Notes under the pieces: model-generated | Databases searched by the model: none | What the model saw: only the letters and a program-made list of their open reading frames with translations | Told to the model about the DNA's origin: nothing | Shown: positions 10,462 to 20,203 of the stretch, piece after piece | How positions within the stretch are numbered: position 1 is the stretch's first letter | Layout: every line of letters starts with the position of its first letter | Assembly: GCA_038323465.1 (NCBI GenBank) | Contig: JBBQGX010000001.1 | Span: 10,980-74,979, forward strand | Reading direction: 5' to 3' | DNA from: Minisyncoccia bacterium | Lineage (GTDB): Bacteria > Patescibacteriota > Minisyncoccia > Phycocordibacterales > UBA9973 | Length of the DNA: 64,000 nucleotides | Position numbers and translations under genes: made by a program

Positions 10462-11853
10462 TTATTTTTTATTTATACTTATCCCTAATTCTTTGAGTTG
10501 TTTTTCTGAAGCTTTAGAGGGTGATCCCATCATCAAGTCTTTACCTTCTCCGGTCTTAGGAAAAGCAATAACTTCACGAATATTGGGTTCATTTTCCATT
10601 AACATTACAATACGATCTATCCCCTGAGCACATCCACCATGTGGAGGAGCTCCAAACTCAAAAGCAGTTAAGAGATGACCAAAACGTGCCTCAATTGTTT
10701 CTTTATTTAAACCAAGTAATTCAAATATTTTATTTTGTAATTCACGTTGATGAATACGAATAGAGCCACCACCAAGCTCATAGCCATTTAGTACTATATC
10801 ATAAGCATTAGCTCGAGCGAGCAATGGATCAGTTTCAAGTAAATAAGCATCTTCATTTTTTGGCGAAGTAAATGGATGATGAACAGCTTGAATTCCACCC
10901 TCACTATTTTTTTCAAACATTGGAAAATCAACAACCCAACAAAAAGCCAGTAGATTAGAATCATTTTTATCAATTCGTAAATCTGGTTTATCGTTGCCAT
11001 ATTTTTCCATTGATTCTTTGTAAGTCAAACGAGGGAAAGGAATTTCTTGAATTTTTTTTCCTGGGTATACACTTTGGACCATTTTGATAAACATATCCTC
11101 AGTATAATTAATTACTTCTTCTTGATCTACAAAAGACATCTCGTAGTCTAGCTGTGTAAACTCTGGCTGTCTATCACCTCTTGTGTCTTCATCACGCATA
11201 CATTTTGCTATTTGAAAATATTTTTCAAAACCAGCAACCATAGCCAACTGTTTAAATTGTTGTGGTGATTGTGGAAGAACATAAAAATTACCAGGTTCAA
11301 GTCTGGAAGGAACCAAATATTCTCGTGATCCTTCTGGTGTTCCCTTTGTCATTATAGGTGTTTCAATATCAAGGAAATCATTTTTATGCATATGATCACG
11401 AAAGAATGTTACAATCTTATCTCGCATTTTAATATTTTTTTGCATTCTTTCTGAACGAAGATCTAGGTATTTATATTTCATCCGAAGATCCTCGGTTACA
11501 CCAATTGTATTTTCGTTAATCGAGAAAGGCGGAGTTTCTGCTTTATTTAATATTTTTATTTCAACTATTTCTAATTCTAGATCACCATTTAAAATTCCCT
11601 CTTTTATATTTCTTTCTGGTCTTTTATTTACTTTTCCATTTACTTTGACAACAAATTCGCTACGTAAAGTTTTGCCAATTTCCAGTGTTTCTATATAATT
11701 TGGTAAAATTACACCTTGCACTTTTCCAGTCATATCACGAAAATCTAGGAAAATCATTTTACCTTGATCACGCCTGACATCTACCCAACCTGAAATACTA
11801 ACCATCGATCCAATATTTTCTTTTAAATCTTTAATGTATGTACGTTCAGTCAT
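10462..11853 (-). CDS. aspS: Aspartate--tRNA ligase (short, GAD domain largely missing)
   Basis: OB fold GWVDVRRD, LPQSPQQFKQ, RDED..DRQPEFTQLD, GGGSIRIH, PPHGG; 463 aa. Confidence 0.96.
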   Translation of the reverse strand: MTERTYIKDLKENIGSMVSISGWVDVRRDQGKMIFLDFRDMTGKVQGVILPNYIETLEIGKTLRSEFVVKVNGKVNKRPERNIKEGILNGDLELEIVEIKILNKAETPPFSINENTIGVTEDLRMKYKYLDLRSERMQKNIKMRDKIVTFFRDHMHKNDFLDIETPIMTKGTPEGSREYLVPSRLEPGNFYVLPQSPQQFKQLAMVAGFEKYFQIAKCMRDEDTRGDRQPEFTQLDYEMSFVDQEEVINYTEDMFIKMVQSVYPGKKIQEIPFPRLTYKESMEKYGNDKPDLRIDKNDSNLLAFCWVVDFPMFEKNSEGGIQAVHHPFTSPKNEDAYLLETDPLLARANAYDIVLNGYELGGGSIRIHQRELQNKIFELLGLNKETIEARFGHLLTAFEFGAPPHGGCAQGIDRIVMLMENEPNIREVIAFPKTGEGKDLMMGSPSKASEKQLKELGISINKK

Positions 11854-11880
11854 ATGTTTAATAAATATATTTAATAATAA

Positions 11881-12096
11881 TTAATGAAGATCTGTAGCGA
11901 TTATGAACTCATAAGGTACTGATATAATAAACGTTATAGCAACAAGGACATAATATATTGGAGTAAATAGATACCAAACTATAATATCTTTTTTTTTCAT
12001 TCCAAAATACCACTTTTGAACTTTGGTATGAATAATATTGATAGGCCAATATATAACACCAAACACTATTGTGAGTAATATACGAATGTATTTCAT
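11881..12096 (-). CDS. Small two-TM hypothetical protein
   Basis: 71 aa, two hydrophobic stretches, packed 5 nt after trpS on the same strand. Confidence 0.6.
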   Translation of the reverse strand: MKYIRILLTIVFGVIYWPINIIHTKVQKWYFGMKKKDIIVWYLFTPIYYVLVAITFIISVPYEFIIATDLH

Positions 12097-12101
12097 ACAA
12101 A

Positions 12102-13073
12102 TTATTGAGTTAGTCCTATATTATTTCGGACTATATCCATTTTATTTTTAATATGAACCTTTGCTTTACCAGCACCTTCTTTTAAAATTTTTAAAACTTC
12201 ATCTTTATGATTTTCATAATAAACTCTCTTTTCTCTCATAGGGGAAATATATTTAATTATATCTTCATAAAGTAAATCTTTCAATTCTTTGTAACCAGTA
12301 ATATTATTTATATATTTTTCTTTCAAAACTTTAACTTCATTTTCATTAATTAAAAGTTTATGTATAGCAAAAATATTACAAGTATTAGGATCTTTCGGTT
12401 CGTTTGGAGATTTTGAATCTGTTACAATACTCATGACAGCTTTCTTTATCTCAAGATCTGTTCCAAAAAGTGGAATGGTATTACCGTAATTTTTTGACAT
12501 CTTTCTTCCGTCCAATCCTGGTACAATAGCCACCTCTTCTTGTATTAAAGGCTCGGGTATTTTAAAAGTATCGCCAAAAATTTTATTAAATTTTTGTGCA
12601 GTATCACGAGCATACTCTACGTGTTGTTTTTGGTCTTGACCTACAGGAACAACGTCGGCATCTTGAATTAAAATATCTGCTGCCATTAAAATAGGATAAT
12701 CAAAAAGTCCAACAGTCGCTTCTTTTCCATTTTGTTTAGCATCTTTATAAGCAGTTGCTCTTTCTAAAAAAGGCATAGTCGTAATACAATTAAAGTACCA
12801 TGTAAGCTCTGTTACTTCAGGAACATCAGATTGTTTAAATAAACAAACTTTTTTAGGATCGAGACCACAAGCCAAATAATCCATTGCAACGTTAAGTATA
12901 TTTTGAGATAAAATTTCTTTATTTTGAATTGTAGTTATTGCATGTAAATCAGCAATAAAAATAGTAGACTCATATTTGTCTTGTAAATCGACAAATTGTT
13001 TTATAGCCCCAAAATAGTTTCCTAAATGAATTATTCCTGTAGGTTTAATCCCTGATAATGATCTTTTCTTCAT
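12102..13073 (-). CDS. trpS: Tryptophan--tRNA ligase
   Basis: HLGNY, YPILMAADIL, VPVGQDQ, KMSKN. Confidence 0.97.
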   Translation of the reverse strand: MKKRSLSGIKPTGIIHLGNYFGAIKQFVDLQDKYESTIFIADLHAITTIQNKEILSQNILNVAMDYLACGLDPKKVCLFKQSDVPEVTELTWYFNCITTMPFLERATAYKDAKQNGKEATVGLFDYPILMAADILIQDADVVPVGQDQKQHVEYARDTAQKFNKIFGDTFKIPEPLIQEEVAIVPGLDGRKMSKNYGNTIPLFGTDLEIKKAVMSIVTDSKSPNEPKDPNTCNIFAIHKLLINENEVKVLKEKYINNITGYKELKDLLYEDIIKYISPMREKRVYYENHKDEVLKILKEGAGKAKVHIKNKMDIVRNNIGLTQ

Positions 13074-13178
13074 ATATATCTTATAATACCAAAATACAGA
13101 AAGTTTTGCACATATTACACACAGACTTATCCTAAAATCAATATTTGTAATAATTTTTCCTGTGATACAATAAGCTCT

Positions 13179-14570
13179 ATGGCTACAGATAAAAAAACAA
13201 ATTTAAGAGTTCCTCCTCAAAGTATTGACTCTGAGAAAGCTGTACTTGGGTCTATAATGCTCCGACCTAGTGCGATTCATGAAATAAACGATGTGGTAAA
13301 TGTTGATTCTTTCTATGCAAATAAACATTCTCAGATTTATAAAATAATGCTAGAACTCTCAAGTCGTGGAGAACCTATCGATCTAGTAACGATGTCTCAC
13401 AAGTTAACAGAAAAAGGATTACTAGATTCTATCGGTGGTAATAATTATCTTACTGAACTGACCAACTCCGTCCCCGCTTCTACAAACATCAAATACTACG
13501 CAGATGTTGTAAATAAAAAACATTTATTAAGAAAGATTATTGATGCCGGCTCAGATATATCTGAGCTTGGATTCAAAGATGAAGTTGATGATGTTTTCGA
13601 AATTCTCGATCAGGCTGAAAAAAGAATGATGGGGATCAATAGTAATACTTCAGGACATGCTTTTACTTCTATGAAAGAAAGTCTTCCTGAAGCTTGGGAG
13701 CGACTCGAGCGTCTACATGAGAGTAAAGGTGAACTTCGTGGAGTACCGACTGGATTCCACGATCTCGACCAGTATCTCTCTGGACTTCAAAAGTCTGACC
13801 TCATAATCATCGCAGCACGTCCTTCAATGGGTAAAACAACTCTGGCTCTCGATATCGCTCGTCAGGCAGCACTCAATCACGGTACTCCGACAGTCATATT
13901 CTCTCTTGAAATGAGTACTCAGCAACTAGTAGATAGAATGCTAGCGGCCCAATCGAAAGTCAATGCCTGGAATCTACGTACTGGAAACCTATCTACTGAA
14001 GGTGAATTTTCAAAAATTCGTGATTCTCTTGATAGTTTATCAAAAGCTCCTATCTTTATCGATGACCTCGCTGGTAACTCCATAGTTCGTATGCGTTCGG
14101 TTTGTCGTCGTATTCGTGCTGAACATGGTATAGGACTAATCATCGTCGATTATTTACAACTAATGTCAGCTTCAAAAAATTATGACAATATGGTCAACCA
14201 GATCACTGAAGTCTCAAGATCACTAAAAGCTCTAGCCAAAGAATTCGATGTACCAGTTATAGCTCTATCACAACTTTCTCGTGCCGTGGAGAGTCGTGGG
14301 GGCCGTCCAAGATTGTCAGATCTTCGTGATTCTGGATCTATTGAGCAAGATGCCGATATCGTAATGTTTATTCACAGGGAAGATAAGGGTAAAGATGAGA
14401 GTGAGAAAACTAATATTTGTGAAATCTTAATTGAAAAACATAGAAATGGTCCAGTGGGAAAAGTTGATTTATATTTCGATGAGAAAGTTACTTCATTCCT
14501 TTCTATAGATAAATCAGGAATTAATCAATTCACGCCACCAGATAGAGGTGCTGGGATGGAACAATTTTAA
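13179..14570 (+). CDS. dnaB: Replicative DNA helicase (no intein)
   Basis: AARPSMGKT, FSLEM, IVDYLQL, LSQLSR, DLRDSGSIEQDAD. Confidence 0.98.
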   Translation: MATDKKTNLRVPPQSIDSEKAVLGSIMLRPSAIHEINDVVNVDSFYANKHSQIYKIMLELSSRGEPIDLVTMSHKLTEKGLLDSIGGNNYLTELTNSVPASTNIKYYADVVNKKHLLRKIIDAGSDISELGFKDEVDDVFEILDQAEKRMMGINSNTSGHAFTSMKESLPEAWERLERLHESKGELRGVPTGFHDLDQYLSGLQKSDLIIIAARPSMGKTTLALDIARQAALNHGTPTVIFSLEMSTQQLVDRMLAAQSKVNAWNLRTGNLSTEGEFSKIRDSLDSLSKAPIFIDDLAGNSIVRMRSVCRRIRAEHGIGLIIVDYLQLMSASKNYDNMVNQITEVSRSLKALAKEFDVPVIALSQLSRAVESRGGRPRLSDLRDSGSIEQDADIVMFIHREDKGKDESEKTNICEILIEKHRNGPVGKVDLYFDEKVTSFLSIDKSGINQFTPPDRGAGMEQF

Positions 14571-14572
14571 TT

Positions 14573-15187
14573 ATGAACCCAATAGAAAAACTTACAGAAC
14601 ATTTTAAAGAATTTCCTGGTATTGGAGAGAGACAGGCCAAGCGTTTTGTGTATTTTCTTTTACATAAAAACCCAAGCTATGTAAAAGAACTTGGTGATAA
14701 AATATTGGATATAAAAAATACTATTCACCAATGCCCTTCATGTTTCCTCTTTTTCCAATCAAAACAAGATCAACTTTGTGATATTTGCAGTAATTCAAAA
14801 ACGGACAAGACTTCCCTACTTATTGTTGAAAAAGATGCAGATTATGAAAATATAAGGAGAAGCAAAAACTATAATGGTCTTTATTTCATCTTAGGTGGAC
14901 TTGTACCTATAGTTACAAAGGAAACACCAAACTATATTCGCATTAAGGAATTGACTCGTAAAATAGAAATAGAAGCTAAAAAAAATAATTTGAAAGAAGT
15001 TGTAATAGCTCTCTCATTAAATCCTCAAGGTGAACATACTGACATGTATCTTCGTGAAATACTATCATCACCTGAGAAGAAATATAATTTTAAAATAGTC
15101 TCTCTTGGACGCGGACTTTCTACTGGTACTGAACTCGAATATTCAGACTCTGAAACAATAAAAAATGCACTGAGAAATAGAAGTTAA
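14573..15187 (+). CDS. recR: Recombination mediator RecR
   Basis: HhH PGIGERQAKR, C4 zinc finger, Toprim, GTELEY. Confidence 0.95.
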   Translation: MNPIEKLTEHFKEFPGIGERQAKRFVYFLLHKNPSYVKELGDKILDIKNTIHQCPSCFLFFQSKQDQLCDICSNSKTDKTSLLIVEKDADYENIRRSKNYNGLYFILGGLVPIVTKETPNYIRIKELTRKIEIEAKKNNLKEVVIALSLNPQGEHTDMYLREILSSPEKKYNFKIVSLGRGLSTGTELEYSDSETIKNALRNRS

Positions 15188-15190
15188 TAA

Positions 15191-15223
15191 ATAAAAAATA
15201 GCCCCTCGTGAGCTATTTTTTAT
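15191..15223. terminator. Bidirectional terminator between convergent recR and rplU
   Basis: ATAAAAAATAGC-loop-GCTATTTTTTAT. Confidence 0.7.
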
Positions 15224-15586
15224 TTATTTAATTGCGGAAATTTTTACTTCTATAAAAGGTTGTCTATGCCCGTTCTTTTTCAAGTATCGGCTTTTTTGTA
15301 GATACTTTACTACTTTGACAGTTTTATGCTTGCCTGCTTTTTGGAAAAGTGATTCTACTGTAGCATTTGCGATATATGGTGTTCCGATTGTTGTATCTAC
15401 CCCATTATCAACAAGTAAAACCTTGTCAAAAATGATTTTATCACCGAGTGTAAATTCTCCATCAAGCTTTTCAACCTTTAGAACATCTCCAACTGCGACC
15501 TTATACTGCTTACCACCTGTAAGTATTACAGCAAATTCTTTGCTCTCTATTTTTACCTTTTTAATTGTTTTTTTAACTGTTGCCAT
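15224..15586 (-). CDS. rplU: 50S ribosomal protein L21
   Basis: AVILTGGKQYKV, GTPYI, GHRQPF; start moved to MATVKK. Confidence 0.96.
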   Translation of the reverse strand: MATVKKTIKKVKIESKEFAVILTGGKQYKVAVGDVLKVEKLDGEFTLGDKIIFDKVLLVDNGVDTTIGTPYIANATVESLFQKAGKHKTVKVVKYLQKSRYLKKNGHRQPFIEVKISAIK

Positions 15587-15648
15587 AACAGCCCATATAA
15601 TACACAAAAGTTGGCAAAAATGCAAGCCTGGCTGTATACTAGAAGAAT

Positions 15649-16143
15649 ATGATTTCAAAATACATATACAAAGAACTAAATTGGATAGATTTAGAGTCTC
15701 CCCAAGAAGAAGAGTTAATCCATATTTTGGAACAATATAGGATTCCGTCTAATATTAAAGATAAAATACTGGCAAAGAATTTAAACGAAACAATAGATAT
15801 AAATGATGATTCTATAGTTGTTTTTATTAAAAATAGTATAATATTTATTGTAAACAATAATCTTGTTTTAACAATTCATCACAAACCTATTGAGGCCTTT
15901 GATCAATTCTCAAAAGAAATGGAGCTAGATATTAATGGTAACAAAAAAATAAGTAGTCATAAATTATTGTTCGCTTATCTACTAAAAAATTTATATACAA
16001 GTTCGCAAGATCAATTAATAAATAATGAAAATCAAATTATAAAATTAAAAAAAAAGATCAAGTTAAATCATAGGAAAAATATACAAATGTTGATTGTTAT
16101 TTTAATATTATTTATATCTTTAATACTATCTATATGGCTCTAA
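15649..16143 (+). CDS. Truncated CorA-like protein (N-terminal domain plus one C-terminal TM)
   Basis: WIDLESP..EEL..I N-terminus and [13 protein letters not shown] resemble the CorA cytoplasmic domain; no GMN motif; 164 aa. Confidence 0.6.
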   Translation: MISKYIYKELNWIDLESPQEEELIHILEQYRIPSNIKDKILAKNLNETIDINDDSIVVFIKNSIIFIVNNNLVLTIHHKPIEAFDQFSKEMELDINGNKKISSHKLLFAYLLKNLYTSSQDQLINNENQIIKLKKKIKLNHRKNIQMLIVILILFISLILSIWL

Positions 16144-17516
16144 AAATATACAATACCCTAACAAGAGAAAAAGAAGAATTCAAACCAATTAATCCCGACA
16201 TGGTTGGAATGTACACTTGTGGTCCAACAGTTTACAACTATGCTCATATAGGCAATCTGCGTACTTATATCTTTGAAGATGTCTTAAAACGCGTCCTAGC
16301 TTACAATCATTACTATATTAAGCATGTAATGAATATAACTGATGTCGGACATCTGACTGGCGACCGAGATATGGGTGAAGACAAAATTGAAAAAGAATCA
16401 ATTAAAGAAAATAAAAGTGCTTATGAAATAGCCGAATTTTATACAAACAAATTCAAAGAGGATTTAAATAGTCTCAATATTATGTATCCTGATATCTTTT
16501 GTAAAGCTACTGACAATATTGATGAACAAATCGATATGATAAAAGTACTTGAACAAAAAGGCTTCACATACAAAACAAGCGATGGTATTTATTTCAATAC
16601 AGCAAAAATAGCAAATTATGCAAAACTTTCTCATCAAAAGTTAGATGCACTTTATGAAGGTGCTCGGATAGAGATAAATCAAGAGAAAATAAATGCGACG
16701 GACTTTGCTCTCTGGAAATTCTCCCCCACCGAAACCAAACGCCAAATGGAATGGGATAGTCCATGGGGTGTTGGATTCCCTGGTTGGCATGTAGAGTGCT
16801 CTGCAATGAGTATTAAATATCTCGGTGAGCATTTTGATATACACTGTGGTGGTGTTGATTTTATAAATCTTCACCACAGCAATGAACTAGCTCAATCAGA
16901 AGCTTATACAGGAAAAGAACCTTGGGTGAACTACTGGGTTCATGGAGAATTCTTAAACATGAAAGACGGAGAGAAGATGGCAAAGAGTACTGGCAACTTT
17001 TTAACTATTAAAAGTGAATTTTTAGATAAAAATATCAATCCCTTGGTATACCGATTTGCCACTTACTCTGTGCATTACAGAAAACAGATGGAATGGAATG
17101 AGGAAATACTGAATGCCGCAAATAATGGTTATATAAGTCTCATAAATAAAATTAAAATTCTCGGAGGTGAGATAGGAGAAGTAAATGGTGAATTAAAAGA
17201 AAGATTTCAAGATAATATAAACGATGACTTAAATATGCCCAAAGCACTAGCAACAGTTAGTGAGGTCTTCAAATATGGTATTTCAAATGCTGATAAACTA
17301 GCTACTTTACTTGATTTTGATAAAGTTTTAGGTCTTGGGTTAGATAATCTTAAAAAGGATTCTATCCCGGAAGAAGTAGAAAAATTAGCAAAAGACAGAC
17401 TCATTGCTCGCTCAAATAAAGATTGGCTAAAAAGTGACGAACTCCGAGAACAGATAAAAAGTTTGGGATATGAAGTAAAGGACGTAGAGCAAGGATATGA
17501 GATAATTAAATTATAA
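16134..17516 (+). CDS. cysS: Cysteine--tRNA ligase
   Basis: [31 protein letters not shown]. Confidence 0.98.
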   Translation: MALKIYNTLTREKEEFKPINPDMVGMYTCGPTVYNYAHIGNLRTYIFEDVLKRVLAYNHYYIKHVMNITDVGHLTGDRDMGEDKIEKESIKENKSAYEIAEFYTNKFKEDLNSLNIMYPDIFCKATDNIDEQIDMIKVLEQKGFTYKTSDGIYFNTAKIANYAKLSHQKLDALYEGARIEINQEKINATDFALWKFSPTETKRQMEWDSPWGVGFPGWHVECSAMSIKYLGEHFDIHCGGVDFINLHHSNELAQSEAYTGKEPWVNYWVHGEFLNMKDGEKMAKSTGNFLTIKSEFLDKNINPLVYRFATYSVHYRKQMEWNEEILNAANNGYISLINKIKILGGEIGEVNGELKERFQDNINDDLNMPKALATVSEVFKYGISNADKLATLLDFDKVLGLGLDNLKKDSIPEEVEKLAKDRLIARSNKDWLKSDELREQIKSLGYEVKDVEQGYEIIKL

Positions 17517-17540
17517 TTATTAATTAGTCATTAATAATTA

Positions 17541-19157
17541 CTAAATAGCATTTAATTCCATATAGAATTGTGAGCCTTTGCTTAGGCCTTCTGATTCTAC
17601 CCAGACACGGCCACCGTGGGCTTCGGCTATTTCTTTTGTCAGATACAATCCGAGTCCGGAGCCTGATGTATTCATACGAGCGCCATCACCACGAGCAAAT
17701 TTCTGGAAGAGTGTCGCTTTTATTTCAGGGGTCATACCCATACCAGTATCTAAAACAGAAAAGATAACTTTATCAGCTAATTTTTTAACAGTAACATTTA
17801 TCTCCCCTTCTTTTGTGTATTTAATAGAGTTATCAATAAAGTTTAGAACAACTTGACGAATCTTTTCCTTGTCTCCATTTACCATACAAGTATTCCCTTC
17901 GCATTCATTTTTGAAATTTAATTTAAGTCCTTTATTATTAGCTGTGATAGATAAATCCTTTGTCATACTACCTGCTACCTCTGATAGCTCAAATGGTGCC
18001 ATCTCGTACTTCATTCCACCCTGTTCTATTTTTGTTACATTAAGCAAATCCTCGACTATCTTCATCAAATTCTGGCTTGATTCAAAAATACGATTTAAAG
18101 CGCCTTTAGCTTCAAGATTTATTTCCCCATAATCACCATCTATCAACATTGAAGTATACCCTTTCATGGCAGTCAGTGGACTACGGAGTTGATGTGAAGC
18201 AAGAGAAACGAATTCAGATTTAAGTTTATCAAGTCCTTTTAGTTTTTCATTAGCATCAGACAATTCACCTGTTAACACTTCTAATTTTTCACGCTGTTCA
18301 ACTTCTTTACGAACACTTTTAATTAATAAAATTCCAACAACTATAACTATTATAAATAATGCAGTATTTATCAATTTATCTGACAAAGAATTTGCAAGTA
18401 AGGTTCTAATTAAAATAAATATCCATAGTGTAAATGTAATTAATTCTGTTGTAATTACTTTTATGTTAAATAATTGAAATTTCAAAATAGCATAACTAGT
18501 ATAAAATAAAAAAGGTAGAACAAAAAAAGAACTGAGTGTTATAAAGCTCGTATTACTTAGAAATACTGGTAAAATAAAATTAAATATGATTATCAATAAG
18601 AACATAATCAGAACACCTCTAGTAATATATACTATTTGTTGTTTAGTATTACCAGTAGATCTTTTCCTCTTTAAAAAAATTTCTCTCAGTCCAAAAAATA
18701 CTAATGATATAGCTGTAAATCCAAAAACTGGTAAGAGTACACCATGAACAGGACTAGATATCCCTGATTCATAATTAATAGCATCTTTAAATACATACGT
18801 GGTCAATGTTAAAAATGCAACTAAAATAACTGACGGAATAATCACTATTTTAAAATATTTTGGTAAGACTTTGATATTATCAGGGAAAACGTACATAAGT
18901 AAGTAAAATAAAAGAGCTTGGAGCGTTGCAAAAAACATTACAAATCGAATAAAAAAAAGATGACTAAAATATGGTATATTTTGATAGCTTAAAAAATTAA
19001 CAATACTCCATCCAATAGTTGAAATTATAAAATAAATAAAAAACCGTGAAGTAATACTTTTTGTTTTATGAGAAAATACAATAAAACCAATTATTAAACT
19101 AATTACAATACTTAAAGCAGTTGTAACAATATTGAAAGTAAAAAAATTATATTCCAT
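17541..19157 (-). CDS. Sensor histidine kinase with a multi-TM (HisKA_7TM-like) input domain
   Basis: About 9 hydrophobic helices, then H-box ASHQLRSPL, N-box NFIDNSIKY, DTGMG, GSGLGL; no response regulator in the window. Confidence 0.93.
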   Translation of the reverse strand: MEYNFFTFNIVTTALSIVISLIIGFIVFSHKTKSITSRFFIYFIISTIGWSIVNFLSYQNIPYFSHLFFIRFVMFFATLQALLFYLLMYVFPDNIKVLPKYFKIVIIPSVILVAFLTLTTYVFKDAINYESGISSPVHGVLLPVFGFTAISLVFFGLREIFLKRKRSTGNTKQQIVYITRGVLIMFLLIIIFNFILPVFLSNTSFITLSSFFVLPFLFYTSYAILKFQLFNIKVITTELITFTLWIFILIRTLLANSLSDKLINTALFIIVIVVGILLIKSVRKEVEQREKLEVLTGELSDANEKLKGLDKLKSEFVSLASHQLRSPLTAMKGYTSMLIDGDYGEINLEAKGALNRIFESSQNLMKIVEDLLNVTKIEQGGMKYEMAPFELSEVAGSMTKDLSITANNKGLKLNFKNECEGNTCMVNGDKEKIRQVVLNFIDNSIKYTKEGEINVTVKKLADKVIFSVLDTGMGMTPEIKATLFQKFARGDGARMNTSGSGLGLYLTKEIAEAHGGRVWVESEGLSKGSQFYMELNAI

Positions 19158-19177
19158 AATAATTATATATTAACATA

Positions 19178-20203
19178 TTATTCACTAATTACATCTTGAC
19201 TTAACAATCTTGGACTATGTTTAGTATTTTTTACAGGAACTCCCATCCTGAAAAAAAACTGAGGGTGATTTTTTGTCTTTAATATGCTCACTAATTTAAA
19301 TGAGTTTGATCCAATCTGTATAGGTGCGGCATATGGATGAGTAACCATACCCAAAGAAGTAGCACGTAGAGTATACAAACCATACTGATAACCGACTTTT
19401 ACCCAATCAAAAACTGTATCTCTTTCTGTTTCTAATATACAAAAAACTGGGGTGTGTTTTTTTAAAATATTTAAATCATCCTTTTCTGTTATTTTGTTCA
19501 TATTTATTCTTTTTATTAAAAAAGGAGCAAATAATGAAGCTATAAGTGGTATGCCCATTCCATAAGCTGGCATCCCAACAAAAGACTTAGTAATATTTGT
19601 TTTTATATATCCGGAAAGCTCTTCTCTAAAAAGAGAATCATTCATAGCTTCTATCCCTGCAGAAATAACAATATCTGCTATTTTATTTTTTATCTCATCC
19701 TTCCATATAAATTCTGATATTACACCAGACACTTTATATTTTGAAAAATATTTAATTTTATTTAGATCAATAGAATTTAAATATTTATTCCTATTAGTAA
19801 CTCTATTTATAATATTAACAAATAACCGAGAATAATTTTTTATATTATCTATGTTTTTTTTACAAACAATATTAATATCTCCATCGTCATTTATAAAATA
19901 ACTAGCACTATAACCAAAATTATTTGCAGTAACAATAAAAAAGGCAGTCGAAACTCCTAAACTTATGTATAACTGCCGATTATTTTTATCGCTTGATTCT
20001 AATCTTCTAGAAAAATCTGGTGAGATAATAACTCCACTATCATTTACAGTAAAATGCCAAGGTTGAGTATTGTGTGAAGATGGAGCTAATAACGCATATT
20101 TTAGAAAAAATTTATAATACTCTTTATCGCTAAAATTAGTGTCTAATAATTTTAAACTTTCATCCCATTCACTATAATTAATATTTTTTATTTTTTTACC
20201 CAT
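19178..20203 (-). CDS. Acg/Rv3131/TyzC-like FMN-binding nitroreductase-fold protein
   Basis: ALLAPSSHNTQPWHF signature, RVTNR, C-terminal FFRMG..HSPR. Confidence 0.85.
   Translation of the reverse strand: MGKKIKNINYSEWDESLKLLDTNFSDKEYYKFFLKYALLAPSSHNTQPWHFTVNDSGVIISPDFSRRLESSDKNNRQLYISLGVSTAFFIVTANNFGYSASYFINDDGDINIVCKKNIDNIKNYSRLFVNIINRVTNRNKYLNSIDLNKIKYFSKYKVSGVISEFIWKDEIKNKIADIVISAGIEAMNDSLFREELSGYIKTNITKSFVGMPAYGMGIPLIASLFAPFLIKRINMNKITEKDDLNILKKHTPVFCILETERDTVFDWVKVGYQYGLYTLRATSLGMVTHPYAAPIQIGSNSFKLVSILKTKNHPQFFFRMGVPVKNTKHSPRLLSQDVISE

Noticed and set aside
13100-13136. DnaA-box-like words before dnaB (and a single TTATGCACA near 59723) as oriC
   Set aside because: Few, degenerate boxes, no dnaA/dnaN nearby and no switch in gene strand bias.
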